A stretch of 36,310 nt of DNA from a virus (IMGVR_UViG_3300012940_000058:1-36310); one strand, 5' to 3'. Positions 17,227 to 25,889 are shown, counted from the stretch's first letter. Notes: generated by a model from the sequence alone, not told the origin. A program made the numbers and translations.

Positions 17227-17450
17227 TCAACCCTCTCCGGCCAGTGCCAGGTGCCACCGGTCTGCTTTTCGTCATGCGGGACATCAGTTTCGTAGCGGAT
17301 CCCGCTCGGATTGAGCGTCCATCCTGAGATCACGTCGTCGACGCCGACCTCGACAACGTGGAGCGGGACATGACGCGGAGGGAACACCCCATCCGCCGAG
17401 CCGCGACTCACGTAGTGCACGACTCGTCCGATGCTCGGCCTCTGACTCAT
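17223..17450 (-). CDS. Phage hypothetical protein
   Basis: PSIGRVVHY...GTWHWPER pattern that I recognise from small phage proteins; overlaps both neighbours. Confidence 0.65.
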   Translation of the reverse strand: MSQRPSIGRVVHYVSRGSADGVFPPRHVPLHVVEVGVDDVISGWTLNPSGIRYETDVPHDEKQTGGTWHWPERVD

Positions 17451-17860
17451 TCCTCACCGTCCTTCGTTGGCGCGATCGCGCGGATCGCCGCGATCACGGC
17501 CTCCTTGTTCCCGAGTCCCTCAGCGTTCTCGATGCTGAGCGCCGCCGCGATCTCGTTGAGCTCCTTGCGCGTCAGCGACTCGAGGTCATCTGGGATCTCC
17601 GGCGTCTCGCTGGCTGTCTCGGCAAGCTGCCGAGTCGCCTCCGCCGCCGCCTCGGCGAGCGGACGGACAGCCGTGACGATCGAGCCGAGGAGCGCGTTGG
17701 AGCGCTCGATCTCGATGATGCGAGCGAGCTCCGGGTCCCGATTCGGCCCGGCCGGCGCTGGGGGTTCGATCCCCAGCACCTCGACGAGTTCAGCGACGTT
17801 CTGCGCGAGCTCCTGTTCAGCGGCCGCGCGACGCGCGACCTTTGCCGCGAGAGATGCCAT
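17447..17860 (-). CDS. Hypothetical protein with C-terminal Rho-N/HeH-like domain
   Basis: LTRKELNEIAAALSIE...NKEAVIAAI; SD GGAGGTG; directly after the capsid gene. Confidence 0.65.
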   Translation of the reverse strand: MASLAAKVARRAAAEQELAQNVAELVEVLGIEPPAPAGPNRDPELARIIEIERSNALLGSIVTAVRPLAEAAAEATRQLAETASETPEIPDDLESLTRKELNEIAAALSIENAEGLGNKEAVIAAIRAIAPTKDGEE

Positions 17861-17871
17861 CCATCACCTCC

Positions 17872-18945
17872 CTACGGCATCGGAGCCGCGAAGCCGCTCG
17901 GGATCGAGTAGCTCGCCGCGCCGACCTGGTAGACGACCGCGCCGACGCGGTTCCATGCGCCGAAGCCGGCGAACCGCGCGTACTGCGTCTCGAGGTACGG
18001 CCAGTCCGCGCGCTCACCCACCTGCCGGAATCCCTGCAGTTCGGGGAGGGCGTACTCGCGCTGGGCGAGCGGCTTCTGCTCGTTGGTCGTGGTCGCGATG
18101 ATCATGCCGCTCGGGAGCGACGGCCACTCGACGATCCAGACCTGCGAGTCGTAGCCGATCAGCGTGCCCGGCGTCGCGACGTCGAGCGAGCCGACCAGCT
18201 CGTCGCTGTTCGCACCCGGGCGGACATTCACGTCCACCGTCTCGTGGAACGTCCCGAGGTTCTCGATGTCCGCCTTGAGGTCGGAGGCGACGAGCGCCAC
18301 GACCGGCACGCGCGTGCCGCCGTTCTCGGGATGCTCGGTGAGCTCCCTCCAAATGGTCGGGAATGGGTTGGCCCCGTCCGCGATGTCCGCAGCCTGCGCG
18401 AGGAAGTGGTTGTCCGTCGCTGCAGACGAGGCTCCCGTGAACACCGCGTATGTGGTCGCATCACCGTTGGCGAGCGGCTTGACCGTCAGCGCGCCGTACT
18501 CGTCGTCCTCGAACGTCCAGTCCACGTTCTGGAACAGCGCGGACAGAATATGATCAGTCATCCACCGCGTATCGCCATCGAACAGGAGGCTCGTGGCGTC
18601 GTTGGCGTCCTGAACCGTCATGAACAGGCTGGTGATCCAGTTCGTGCCCCACGCATTGCCGGATCCCTGCAGCGGGAGGGCGATGTCGTAGTGGCCGGCG
18701 GACTTCACCGGACGCGAGCGGCCGTTCTGATCGAGCGGCTGGTTGCGCGTCTGGCCGACCTGCTTGTAACGGACCTTGTAGTCCGTCGTGCGCGTGACGA
18801 GGAGTCCGGAGAGCGTGTTGAGCTGCCGGTTGTATTCCTCGTTCGCCTGATTGATCGCGTCACGGACGACGGGAAAGTTCTGTTCCGTGAGGCGTTCGCC
18901 CAGGATGTCCTTGAGCTGATGAAATCCGTAGAGAAGCTCTGCCAT
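17872..18945 (-). CDS. Major capsid protein
   Basis: 357 aa; position after scaffold and decoration genes and before neck genes; C-terminal RFAGFGAWNRVGAVV. Confidence 0.8.
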   Translation of the reverse strand: MAELLYGFHQLKDILGERLTEQNFPVVRDAINQANEEYNRQLNTLSGLLVTRTTDYKVRYKQVGQTRNQPLDQNGRSRPVKSAGHYDIALPLQGSGNAWGTNWITSLFMTVQDANDATSLLFDGDTRWMTDHILSALFQNVDWTFEDDEYGALTVKPLANGDATTYAVFTGASSAATDNHFLAQAADIADGANPFPTIWRELTEHPENGGTRVPVVALVASDLKADIENLGTFHETVDVNVRPGANSDELVGSLDVATPGTLIGYDSQVWIVEWPSLPSGMIIATTTNEQKPLAQREYALPELQGFRQVGERADWPYLETQYARFAGFGAWNRVGAVVYQVGAASYSIPSGFAAPMP

Positions 18946-18956
18946 CGTGTCTTACC

Positions 18957-19361
18957 TCACAGATCCACAAGCAGGAGCTTGCTGGTCACGGTTCGGGGCA
19001 CGGCCGTCCCCGGGATGATCCGGCCAACGACCTTGCTCACCGTGCCGGCGGCCGTATCGAGCTTGCCATCGGTGTCGCTCACGTACACCGGCGCGTTGGT
19101 CGTGCCCGTGAACGTGAATCCGTCGAGCACGCCGTGGCGGATCGCGGTGACCGGGAATCCCGCCGGGATGACCTTGTCACCCGTCGCGATGCCGTAGATG
19201 TCCGCCTCCGTCGCGGTGCTCCCGTTGCCGTTGGTGAACCGGTCGCCATTGATGCGCACCGGAGCACCCGGAGTGATCGGCTCGTCGGCCGCGAGCGTCA
19301 TCTGCTCGAGGATCTCGACGATCTCGACGCGGTTGGCCCGCGCCAGTGCGATGACCGCCAT
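18957..19361 (-). CDS. Capsid decoration/cement protein
   Basis: AADEPITPGAPV, YGIA, VYVSDTDGKL and VVGR motifs; directly upstream of the capsid gene. Confidence 0.7.
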   Translation of the reverse strand: MAVIALARANRVEIVEILEQMTLAADEPITPGAPVRINGDRFTNGNGSTATEADIYGIATGDKVIPAGFPVTAIRHGVLDGFTFTGTTNAPVYVSDTDGKLDTAAGTVSKVVGRIIPGTAVPRTVTSKLLLVDL

Positions 19362-19372
19362 ATCTCATCTCC

Positions 19373-20023
19373 CTACATCTTCGGCCGCATGCGGGCCTTC
19401 GCCTTGGTGTCCTCGTCAGTCGTCGTCGCCGACCCCGCCGGCTTCGGCGCGGCCGCGGACCCTCGCGGTGGCGTCGCAGCCGGCGTGCCCGGCTTGTCCT
19501 TGTTGAGCTCGGCCGTGCCCTGCTCGGCCTTGGTCAGCCAGTCGAGGCGCTCCGCGAGCGGCGCATCGTCCGCCGGCTTGAACAGCGCGAACGACTTGTC
19601 CACGGCCTCGGCGCGCTGAGCGAACTGGTCCTCGAAGTGCTTCGTGAGGAACTCGACCTGCCCCTTGAGCGTGTCCCGCTCGCTGGCGACAGAGTCCCGT
19701 TCCTTCTCGAGCGACGCCTTCACGGAGTCGAACTCGCCGCGCTTCGTGGCCTCCTCGCGCTCGCGCTCTTCCTTCGCCTTCTGCTCGGCCGCCTCGGCCG
19801 CTGCCTTGAGTGCCGCCTCGACGCGCTGAGCCTCGGCCTTCTTTTCGGCGGCGACGATCGCATTGAGCTTCGCCTGCTGCTTCTCGTCGAACTTGACCTC
19901 GTCGGGGTCGGCCGCCGGCGGTGTGGCCGGTGCCGGGTCCCCGGCCGGCGGATCGCCCGCGGGCGCCAGGAACGGCAGCGTGAATGCGAACATCAGCGGC
20001 GAACGGCGAAGGAATCGGTACAT
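19373..20023 (-). CDS. Capsid scaffolding protein
   Basis: Pro/Ala-rich N-terminus, KFDEKQQAKLNAIV, Glu/Lys coiled coil; gene order. Confidence 0.8.
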   Translation of the reverse strand: MYRFLRRSPLMFAFTLPFLAPAGDPPAGDPAPATPPAADPDEVKFDEKQQAKLNAIVAAEKKAEAQRVEAALKAAAEAAEQKAKEEREREEATKRGEFDSVKASLEKERDSVASERDTLKGQVEFLTKHFEDQFAQRAEAVDKSFALFKPADDAPLAERLDWLTKAEQGTAELNKDKPGTPAATPPRGSAAAPKPAGSATTTDEDTKAKARMRPKM

Positions 20024-20117
20024 ATCGGATGTCTCCCCCCACGCAATCCGGCGTGGTGCGGTCCCCTGGCAAGCCAGTGCTCGTTACCCCGGCACTCGTG
20101 GCAGCCGGTCGCCGCGC

Positions 20118-20148
20118 AAACAAAAAGCCCGCCCCCGTTGGAGCGGAC
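20118..20148 (-). terminator. Intrinsic terminator-like hairpin (possible attenuator) in the scaffold/capsid leader
   Basis: Minus strand GTCCGCTCC-AACG-GGGGCGGGC followed by TTTTTGTTT. Confidence 0.6.
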
Positions 20149-20232
20149 GATGCGCCGTGAGGCGGTTGGTCTGCTCGACGAGAGCGGGCGATGCCGACCG
20201 TTGTCGGGTTGGCCCTTTATGCGCTTACGCAC

Positions 20233-20262
20233 ATTATGACATATGGAATGTGTGGTTGGGAA
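20233..20262 (-). promoter_or_regulatory. Putative promoter for the scaffold/capsid operon
   Basis: TTCCCA, 18-nt spacer, extended -10 TG-T-CATAAT in an AT-rich intergenic patch. Confidence 0.5.
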
Positions 20263-20448
20263 CTACGCCGCGTCGCGAGAGACGATCGCCTCGATCTGCT
20301 CGATCGTCTTGGCCGCGCCGTTGATCTGCCGACGGAGGGATTGCACGAGCTTACGTAGGTGCTCGTTGTGGTCGAGCGGGGGTTGCGGCTTGCTCGATGG
20401 AGCCGGGCGTTGCGATGTCACTCGGACCGGCTGGCTCTTTGCGATCAT
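20263..20448 (-). CDS. Hypothetical protein (61 aa)
   Basis: ATGA-coupled to the MuF gene with a GGAGAGGGA SD. Confidence 0.55.
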   Translation of the reverse strand: MIAKSQPVRVTSQRPAPSSKPQPPLDHNEHLRKLVQSLRRQINGAAKTIEQIEAIVSRDAA

Positions 20449-21563
20449 GATCCCTCTCCCTCATTCAGCAATCGCGCAACAGGATCTTCAGATTGTCCTC
20501 GTCGTTCTCGGTCGTAGATCGCCTGCTTCGTGGACTTCGCTCGGATGCTCTCACCCCACTTCGGCGAGCTGCTGAAACCGATGTAGTCATCGAGCTCGAG
20601 CTCGCCGGCCTTGTACGGCCCATAGCCAGCGCCCAGGTAGGCGCGCTGATCGGCGTCCGGCTGCCGCGCCAGCCACTCCGCCCCGGTCTCGGCGCGGCCG
20701 CCCAGCATCTCGTCGAGCATTTCCGGTACCGGCGTCGGAATGCATCGGCAATTCACGTGACTGGGCATGAACCGAACCGTCATAGGGAATCGCTTGCCGT
20801 CCATCGCGAGGCACGCCTTGCACGTCCGCATCTGCTGCGCGGCCATCCACTCCCACTGAGATACGTGATCGGCGTACTGGTCGAAGAGTGCGCCTCGATA
20901 CGCGCGCATCATCTCCGTCCGTACCAGCGTCTCGAGGCGCGGGATCACCTGCCCGTTGAGCCGACGTCGCGTGTTGGCGATGATCGCACCGGCGCTCGCC
21001 CCGCGCCCCATGCCGCTCATGAGCTCATCGACGAGGATGTCCCGCGACATCGTGCCATAGCCATCCATGAGCTCGCGCAGCGGGCTGTCCGGATCGAGCG
21101 CCATCGTCAGGCGCTCGGAGGCCGGGGCGTTGATGCTCTGGCCGAACTCGACATCAATGCCGGCGGCCTTGAGCAGGTCCTGTCCGGCCGTCGTCCCCCT
21201 CTCGCTCGCCTCAAGTTGCGTCTGCTCGAGGATGCCGAGCCCATCGTCCGAGACCTGACGAAACCGCGCGTCTGCTTGCGCGATCAGGTCGATGTAGCGC
21301 TGCTGCCGACGGAGCCAGTCCGGGTTGACCTCGGTGCCGTTAGCGCGCGCCGTGTCGATCATCCGCGTGACCATCACAAGGTCATCCAGGAGCGCGTCAG
21401 CTTGCCGGGAGTACATCAGCCGCATGCGCCGGCGAGCGACAGCGTCGCCCTCGTTGAGCTTCTGCCGCTCGCGCCCGACGACGTCCTCGATCTGCCAGAC
21501 CTTGGGCTGATCGTCGTTGTCGTCTGGATCGATCGGCGGGGTGGTGGGCACTACCCCGCTCAT
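20445..21563 (-). CDS. MuF/SPP1 gp7-like minor head protein
   Basis: LVRTEMMRAY, WEW, RTCKACLAMDG and PSHVNCRC motifs; follows the portal. Confidence 0.9.
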   Translation of the reverse strand: MSGVVPTTPPIDPDDNDDQPKVWQIEDVVGRERQKLNEGDAVARRRMRLMYSRQADALLDDLVMVTRMIDTARANGTEVNPDWLRRQQRYIDLIAQADARFRQVSDDGLGILEQTQLEASERGTTAGQDLLKAAGIDVEFGQSINAPASERLTMALDPDSPLRELMDGYGTMSRDILVDELMSGMGRGASAGAIIANTRRRLNGQVIPRLETLVRTEMMRAYRGALFDQYADHVSQWEWMAAQQMRTCKACLAMDGKRFPMTVRFMPSHVNCRCIPTPVPEMLDEMLGGRAETGAEWLARQPDADQRAYLGAGYGPYKAGELELDDYIGFSSSPKWGESIRAKSTKQAIYDRERRGQSEDPVARLLNEGEGS

Positions 21564-23098
21564 GCGATCACACCCGCGTTGAACGCGCGGTCGCTCCGCG
21601 CCTCGGCCTCGGCGATCAGCTCGCGGAATCGCTCGATCTCCGACGCGTCGTACCCCATCTCCTCCCAGAGCACCTCATCCGGCACACCGAGCGAGCGCTT
21701 GAGGAGCATCAGATCAAGGCGATCCGCCTCCGACGGGACGAGCACCGGCCGATCGAGGATCGTGAAGTCCAGCAGGCCATCGCGGTAGCTCTCGAGCGTG
21801 TACGGCACGAACGCCTGCTGACGCCGCGAGAGCGGTGCCGTCCAGCCCCCGCCGTTGGCACGGTAGCCCGCCATCGAGATCGCCATCTGGAAGAGCTTGA
21901 CCGTGTTGAAGTCGAGGTTGGCGCGCAGCCGACGCACGCGACTCACGCCATCGCCGAGCGCGCGCTCAGCGCCAGGAGCGGAGAGCTGGCTCATCTCCCG
22001 GAGCTCGGGGTAGAACCGCGCCTCCGGGTTGGACTCGTAGATCCCCTGCGTCAGGCGCTCGAGGAGCGCCTCGGTCTGGCCGATGTCGAACTCCGCTTGG
22101 GCGATCTTTGCGTCGGTCCCCGCCGGCAGCATGTTGAACGTCTCGGCGAACTCCGAGGCGTCCTCTCGACTCACGTCCGACGTCGGCGGCGTGGTCAGGT
22201 TGATCTCCCGCTTGCCGCCTCGGCTCGCGACCCCGCTCACCAGGAGCGGCGCGTAGAACACCTTCTTCTGGTGGTCGATCGCGTGACTCAGGAACGAATT
22301 GAGCTCCATGATCGCCTGTCGCGCCGGCTCGGTCGCCGGCATGCCGCGCACTCCGCGAACCTTGGTGAAGCGGTCCCAAATCGCCGGCACGAACCCGTAC
22401 GGGTTCGGCACGACCGCCCCCTCCCCGAAGCGATCCCACGGCGCGCCGTCGAGGAAGTAGCGGAACGACTCGCCGTCCACCTCCTCGCGGTAGAGGTGCG
22501 TCGTGGCGCGGCCGCGCTCATCGCGCTGCTCGACACGGTACTCAAGGACGTAGTATTTGACGTTATCGACGAAGTCGAGCTCGAGATCCTTGACGTAGCC
22601 GGGCCAGATCAGCTCCGGATAGGGCATCCCCTGCCCGCCGTCGTCCACGAGGCGCGTCATGCAGTCACCGAGCGCGGTGACGTACATCGGCCGCTGTCCC
22701 ATCTGCCCCTTCCAGTTCCACGCGGTCATCAGCTCGGCGATCGCCGTCCTCAGGAGCGCGTCGGACTCGTCGCCGCCGGTCTGCGGATCGATCGGGATCG
22801 CCCCGAGCGTGCCGTCCGGGAGACGCTTGCCGTCGGTACTCATGTCGCCCGCGTAGGTGTGGGCGACATAGAAGTCCACGATCGGCGCGATCTGGTTTCG
22901 CAACAGGCGCGTATTGCGGTAGATCTTGATGTGCTGACCGCGCCGGAACGGCGAGCGGCGAAGGGCGTCCTCGAACGCGCTCCCATCGTAGAGCGCCCAG
23001 CGCTGCGCGTAGACCGCGTCCATGTACTCGGTCTCGTTTGCGTATCCGTAGCGTCGCCACGCGTCAATCGCGTACATGATTCTCCCCCAGAGTGACAT
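21560..23098 (-). CDS. Portal protein
   Basis: 512 aa between TerL and MuF; VVPNPYGFVP motif typical of SPP1-like portals. Confidence 0.85.
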   Translation of the reverse strand: MSLWGRIMYAIDAWRRYGYANETEYMDAVYAQRWALYDGSAFEDALRRSPFRRGQHIKIYRNTRLLRNQIAPIVDFYVAHTYAGDMSTDGKRLPDGTLGAIPIDPQTGGDESDALLRTAIAELMTAWNWKGQMGQRPMYVTALGDCMTRLVDDGGQGMPYPELIWPGYVKDLELDFVDNVKYYVLEYRVEQRDERGRATTHLYREEVDGESFRYFLDGAPWDRFGEGAVVPNPYGFVPAIWDRFTKVRGVRGMPATEPARQAIMELNSFLSHAIDHQKKVFYAPLLVSGVASRGGKREINLTTPPTSDVSREDASEFAETFNMLPAGTDAKIAQAEFDIGQTEALLERLTQGIYESNPEARFYPELREMSQLSAPGAERALGDGVSRVRRLRANLDFNTVKLFQMAISMAGYRANGGGWTAPLSRRQQAFVPYTLESYRDGLLDFTILDRPVLVPSEADRLDLMLLKRSLGVPDEVLWEEMGYDASEIERFRELIAEAEARSDRAFNAGVIA

Positions 23099-23100
23099 GA

Positions 23101-24492
23101 TCAGATCCTTCGCGAGTGCCAGCGGTACATCTCGTCGAGCGCTTCCTCCGTCGAGGCCACCGAACCGTCGGCGAGGTCGAAATACGCGACCAGGTAGCGC
23201 GTCGCATCCATTCCGTGGTCGTTTTTCTTCTCCGGCTCTTCGCCGCGCTGCCGCTTTCCACCGAGGTTCCAGACGTACGAGGCGAACTCCTCGGTCGTGC
23301 TCGTCGGATGACCGGCCTCGCCGAGCTCCTGGTCGTATTCGTCGAGCGAGTCCGGAAGAAACTCGATGCGCGGCTTCGTCACGATCTGCCCGTCATCACT
23401 GACCGCGCCGAGTCGGCGAGCCACCGCCTGGATGCCGGCGGACACGTTTTTGGTGGCGGCTATCGTCTCGTAACCGGTCGCGTCGGTGAACGTAGCGCGG
23501 TCCTCGGCATCGTGGTCAACGATCACTGCCGTCGGCGGCGGCTCACCATGCGTGAGCTCGAGGATCCGCTCGGCGTGATCCGCGACGAGACGTCGCGTCA
23601 TGTAGATCTCGCGATACATCACGAGCTCGCCGTCGGGCTTCACGGCCCACGCCTGCCACACGAACGGGTTCACAAACCCGAAGTCCACGACCCAGTAGCG
23701 CGGCCAGTCGTACGGGATCTCGTAACGCGCGCTCGCGATATGCACGGCCGGGTTCCAGTTTTCGTAGACCTGGCCTTCGGCGGCGGCCCAGATGCCCTCG
23801 ACGAGACGCTTGCGCCGCACACCGGTCAGCTTGCCGAGCTTGTCGATGACGTAGGATCGGCCGTACTCGGTCCATCCCTGCGCAGCCTCATCCCACAGGC
23901 GCGGGTTGTCCTTGTGCGTCGATCGCAGCCGGACCGTCCGCCCCTCCTCGCACCGCTTGTTGAGCCAGTGCGTCGGATGCGCCGGGTTGCAGTCCATGAG
24001 CATCTGCTGATACGGCATCACGCCGTTGCGGAGTCGCGTGACGAGACTCTCGTGGTCGTTGAGCGTGGCCTCCGTCCACTCGAATCCGCAGATCATGTCG
24101 TACTCAGTGGACATCACCTTGCTCGGTCGGTCCATACCGCCGAGCATGATCCGGGAGCCGTTGGGGTACCGAAACGCGGGAGGCTCCGACTGCGACCCAC
24201 CGAAGAACGTCACCCCGAAATTGCTCGGATGCAGCGGCAGAATCTTGTCTCGGTACGTGGCGACGATCGAGTTGGTGAGCGACACGAGCGTCTTGCGGAC
24301 GAAGAGGATCTTGGCGCCGGGGTACTTGAGCGCGGCGAGATGCGCTTTCCAAACCAGCCCGTAGCTCTTGCCAGTGCCAACCGGGCCCTCATAGAGAATC
24401 TCGTCGTCACGCCTCGTGAGCAAATGCCGAGCGTCTCCCCGAGGTGCATACCGGACGCGGTGCCTGGTGGCTGCCGCCACAGCGACGCTCAT
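23101..24492 (-). CDS. terL: Terminase large subunit (PBSX-like)
   Basis: Walker A EGPVGTGKS, DCNP coupling motif, DNPRL, nuclease motifs VVDFGFVNP and DHGMDATRY. Confidence 0.95.
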   Translation of the reverse strand: MSVAVAAATRHRVRYAPRGDARHLLTRRDDEILYEGPVGTGKSYGLVWKAHLAALKYPGAKILFVRKTLVSLTNSIVATYRDKILPLHPSNFGVTFFGGSQSEPPAFRYPNGSRIMLGGMDRPSKVMSTEYDMICGFEWTEATLNDHESLVTRLRNGVMPYQQMLMDCNPAHPTHWLNKRCEEGRTVRLRSTHKDNPRLWDEAAQGWTEYGRSYVIDKLGKLTGVRRKRLVEGIWAAAEGQVYENWNPAVHIASARYEIPYDWPRYWVVDFGFVNPFVWQAWAVKPDGELVMYREIYMTRRLVADHAERILELTHGEPPPTAVIVDHDAEDRATFTDATGYETIAATKNVSAGIQAVARRLGAVSDDGQIVTKPRIEFLPDSLDEYDQELGEAGHPTSTTEEFASYVWNLGGKRQRGEEPEKKNDHGMDATRYLVAYFDLADGSVASTEEALDEMYRWHSRRI

Positions 24493-25094
24493 CAGATGGC
24501 CTCCACATCCACGCCGACGATCTCGATCTCAACCCCGCCGCTATGTTCGACCTTCTCGGCCCACGTTCCGGACTCGATGGATACCTGCTTCTCGAGCTCG
24601 CGCAGCTCCTTGAAGAGCGCGGCATCGAAGGCGTACTCGAACACTTCCTCCCGAGTCCGCGTGGTCGTGGTCTTCATCTCCCCGTCTTCGAGCACCTTCG
24701 ACTGCACGACCGTGACCTCGACCGTCTTGGGCTTGCGTACGAGTGCCCCGGTATCTCCGCCGGCGATCTCGCCCTTGAGATCCTTCCCGCGATCGCGGAT
24801 CAGCTTGGTCATGCGGCGGTGCCGGTCGTTGTATGCGTCCATGCGGCGATCGAGACGCGCGATTCCCCGCCGGCGCGCCCGCTCTTGCATCTCCTCGAAG
24901 TGTTCGTTCACCCGAGAGCGAAACGCCGGGATTCGCTTCCACCGCGCGAGGGTGCTGCGCGAAACACCGACGCGGCGCGCGATCGTCTCATCAGTGACGC
25001 GATCCTCGGCAACCATCACGGCCGCGTTCGTGGCAGCGTCGCTCCACTCAAATGGCTGTTCGGTTGTGTCAATTTGTGTCACGTCCGCGCTCAT
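24492..25094 (-). CDS. terS: Terminase small subunit (N-terminal HTH)
   Basis: DETIARRVGVSRSTLARWK HTH; C-terminal KVEHSGGVEIEI; TGATG-coupled to TerL. Start re-called at ATG 25094. Confidence 0.8.
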   Translation of the reverse strand: MSADVTQIDTTEQPFEWSDAATNAAVMVAEDRVTDETIARRVGVSRSTLARWKRIPAFRSRVNEHFEEMQERARRRGIARLDRRMDAYNDRHRRMTKLIRDRGKDLKGEIAGGDTGALVRKPKTVEVTVVQSKVLEDGEMKTTTTRTREEVFEYAFDAALFKELRELEKQVSIESGTWAEKVEHSGGVEIEIVGVDVEAI

Positions 25095-25100
25095 AGCCCC

Positions 25101-25173
25101 ACCAAACGCACTGAAACCGGGCACACTCTCCCTGCGGAAGTGACACCCGGTTTCAAGAACCTTGCTCTTTGGT
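25101..25173 (-). promoter_or_regulatory. Long leader hairpin upstream of terS
   Basis: Perfect 10-bp inverted repeat TGAAACCGGG/CCCGGTTTCA (25112-25121/25146-25155), extended inward; outer ACCAAA/TTTGGT pair overlaps the SD region. Confidence 0.65.
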
Positions 25174-25186
25174 TATGTCCATTCTA
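25168..25186 (-). promoter_or_regulatory. Putative late promoter (-10 TAGAAT plus GGACATAACCAAA)
   Basis: Matches the element at 8302-8320 in 15 of 19 positions. Confidence 0.55.
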
Positions 25187-25209
25187 CCCGACGTTCAGAG
25201 CGTCCCCGC

Positions 25210-25377
25210 TCAGGCCGTCCTCGTCACCGTGTAGTTGCACTTGCTGCACTTGATCACCACGATCGACCCCGGCCCGAGCTTGCCGTCACCGATCCGTTGG
25301 CCGCAACGCGGGCATCGCCAGATCGGCAGCGCCTCGGTCTGTGGCTCGTCATCCTGCGTCGGCGGCCGCTCGATCAT
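25210..25377 (-). CDS. Mu Com-like zinc-ribbon regulator
   Basis: 55 aa from ATG 25377 (TGATG overlap); WRCPRCGQRI...IVVIKCSKC fits the Com pattern RCxxC...I-x-I-K/R-CxxC. Confidence 0.7.
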   Translation of the reverse strand: MIERPPTQDDEPQTEALPIWRCPRCGQRIGDGKLGPGSIVVIKCSKCNYTVTRTA

Positions 25378-25889
25378 CACGCCGTCCACTCCTCGCCGGG
25401 CAACGGGAGGTGCGGAGCCCACGCGGACGCGATCCCATCGACCGCATACTCGAGGCGGTTGGTGATGTCCGCGTACAGCGGTATGTACATCATCTGGCCG
25501 ACGTTCTCCTGGATGTTTTCCACCGAGACGCGAATCGGATTGATGTGGCAGTGCACCAGCTCATGGACGCACGTTTCGCGCAGCTCTTCCGGCGTTCCTT
25601 CTGCCCAGTTCCTGGCAAACCAGATGCTCGCCGTCTGGCTCCCATACCAGGTCTCGATCGTCGCGGCGTGATCCTCGCGCTTCGTAGGCTCGTGCACGAC
25701 GCGGATTTCCCAATCCCGTAGCCCCATCATGTCCTTGAGGATCCGCAGGTATTCGCCGAGCTCCTCGTAATCCCCGCCCAGCATCAGCTCGCTGGTGTCC
25801 TTCCGTTCAGACATAGTCTCTCCAATCAACGTGCTCATCGCCTCGAAACCTGCGATGATCTCAGCCAGCTCTAGGATCCTCGTCATCAC
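25377..25889 (-). CDS. Putative zinc metallopeptidase (HExxH)
   Basis: ETCVHELVHCH motif with a downstream Glu (RLEYAV). Confidence 0.6.
   Translation of the reverse strand: MMTRILELAEIIAGFEAMSTLIGETMSERKDTSELMLGGDYEELGEYLRILKDMMGLRDWEIRVVHEPTKREDHAATIETWYGSQTASIWFARNWAEGTPEELRETCVHELVHCHINPIRVSVENIQENVGQMMYIPLYADITNRLEYAVDGIASAWAPHLPLPGEEWTA

Noticed and set aside
20024-20238. tRNA or known riboswitch in the largest intergenic gap
   Set aside because: I could not recognise a cloverleaf, T-loop or known aptamer consensus by eye. An Rfam/tRNAscan run is needed to exclude this formally.
857-25143. Long plus-strand ORFs (e.g. 857..2506, 10192..11511, 12123..13610, 14088..15416, 17842..19197, 20493..21788, 23116..25143)
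   Set aside because: They are antisense shadows of well-supported minus-strand genes. High GC suppresses stop codons and the translations show no recognisable motifs.
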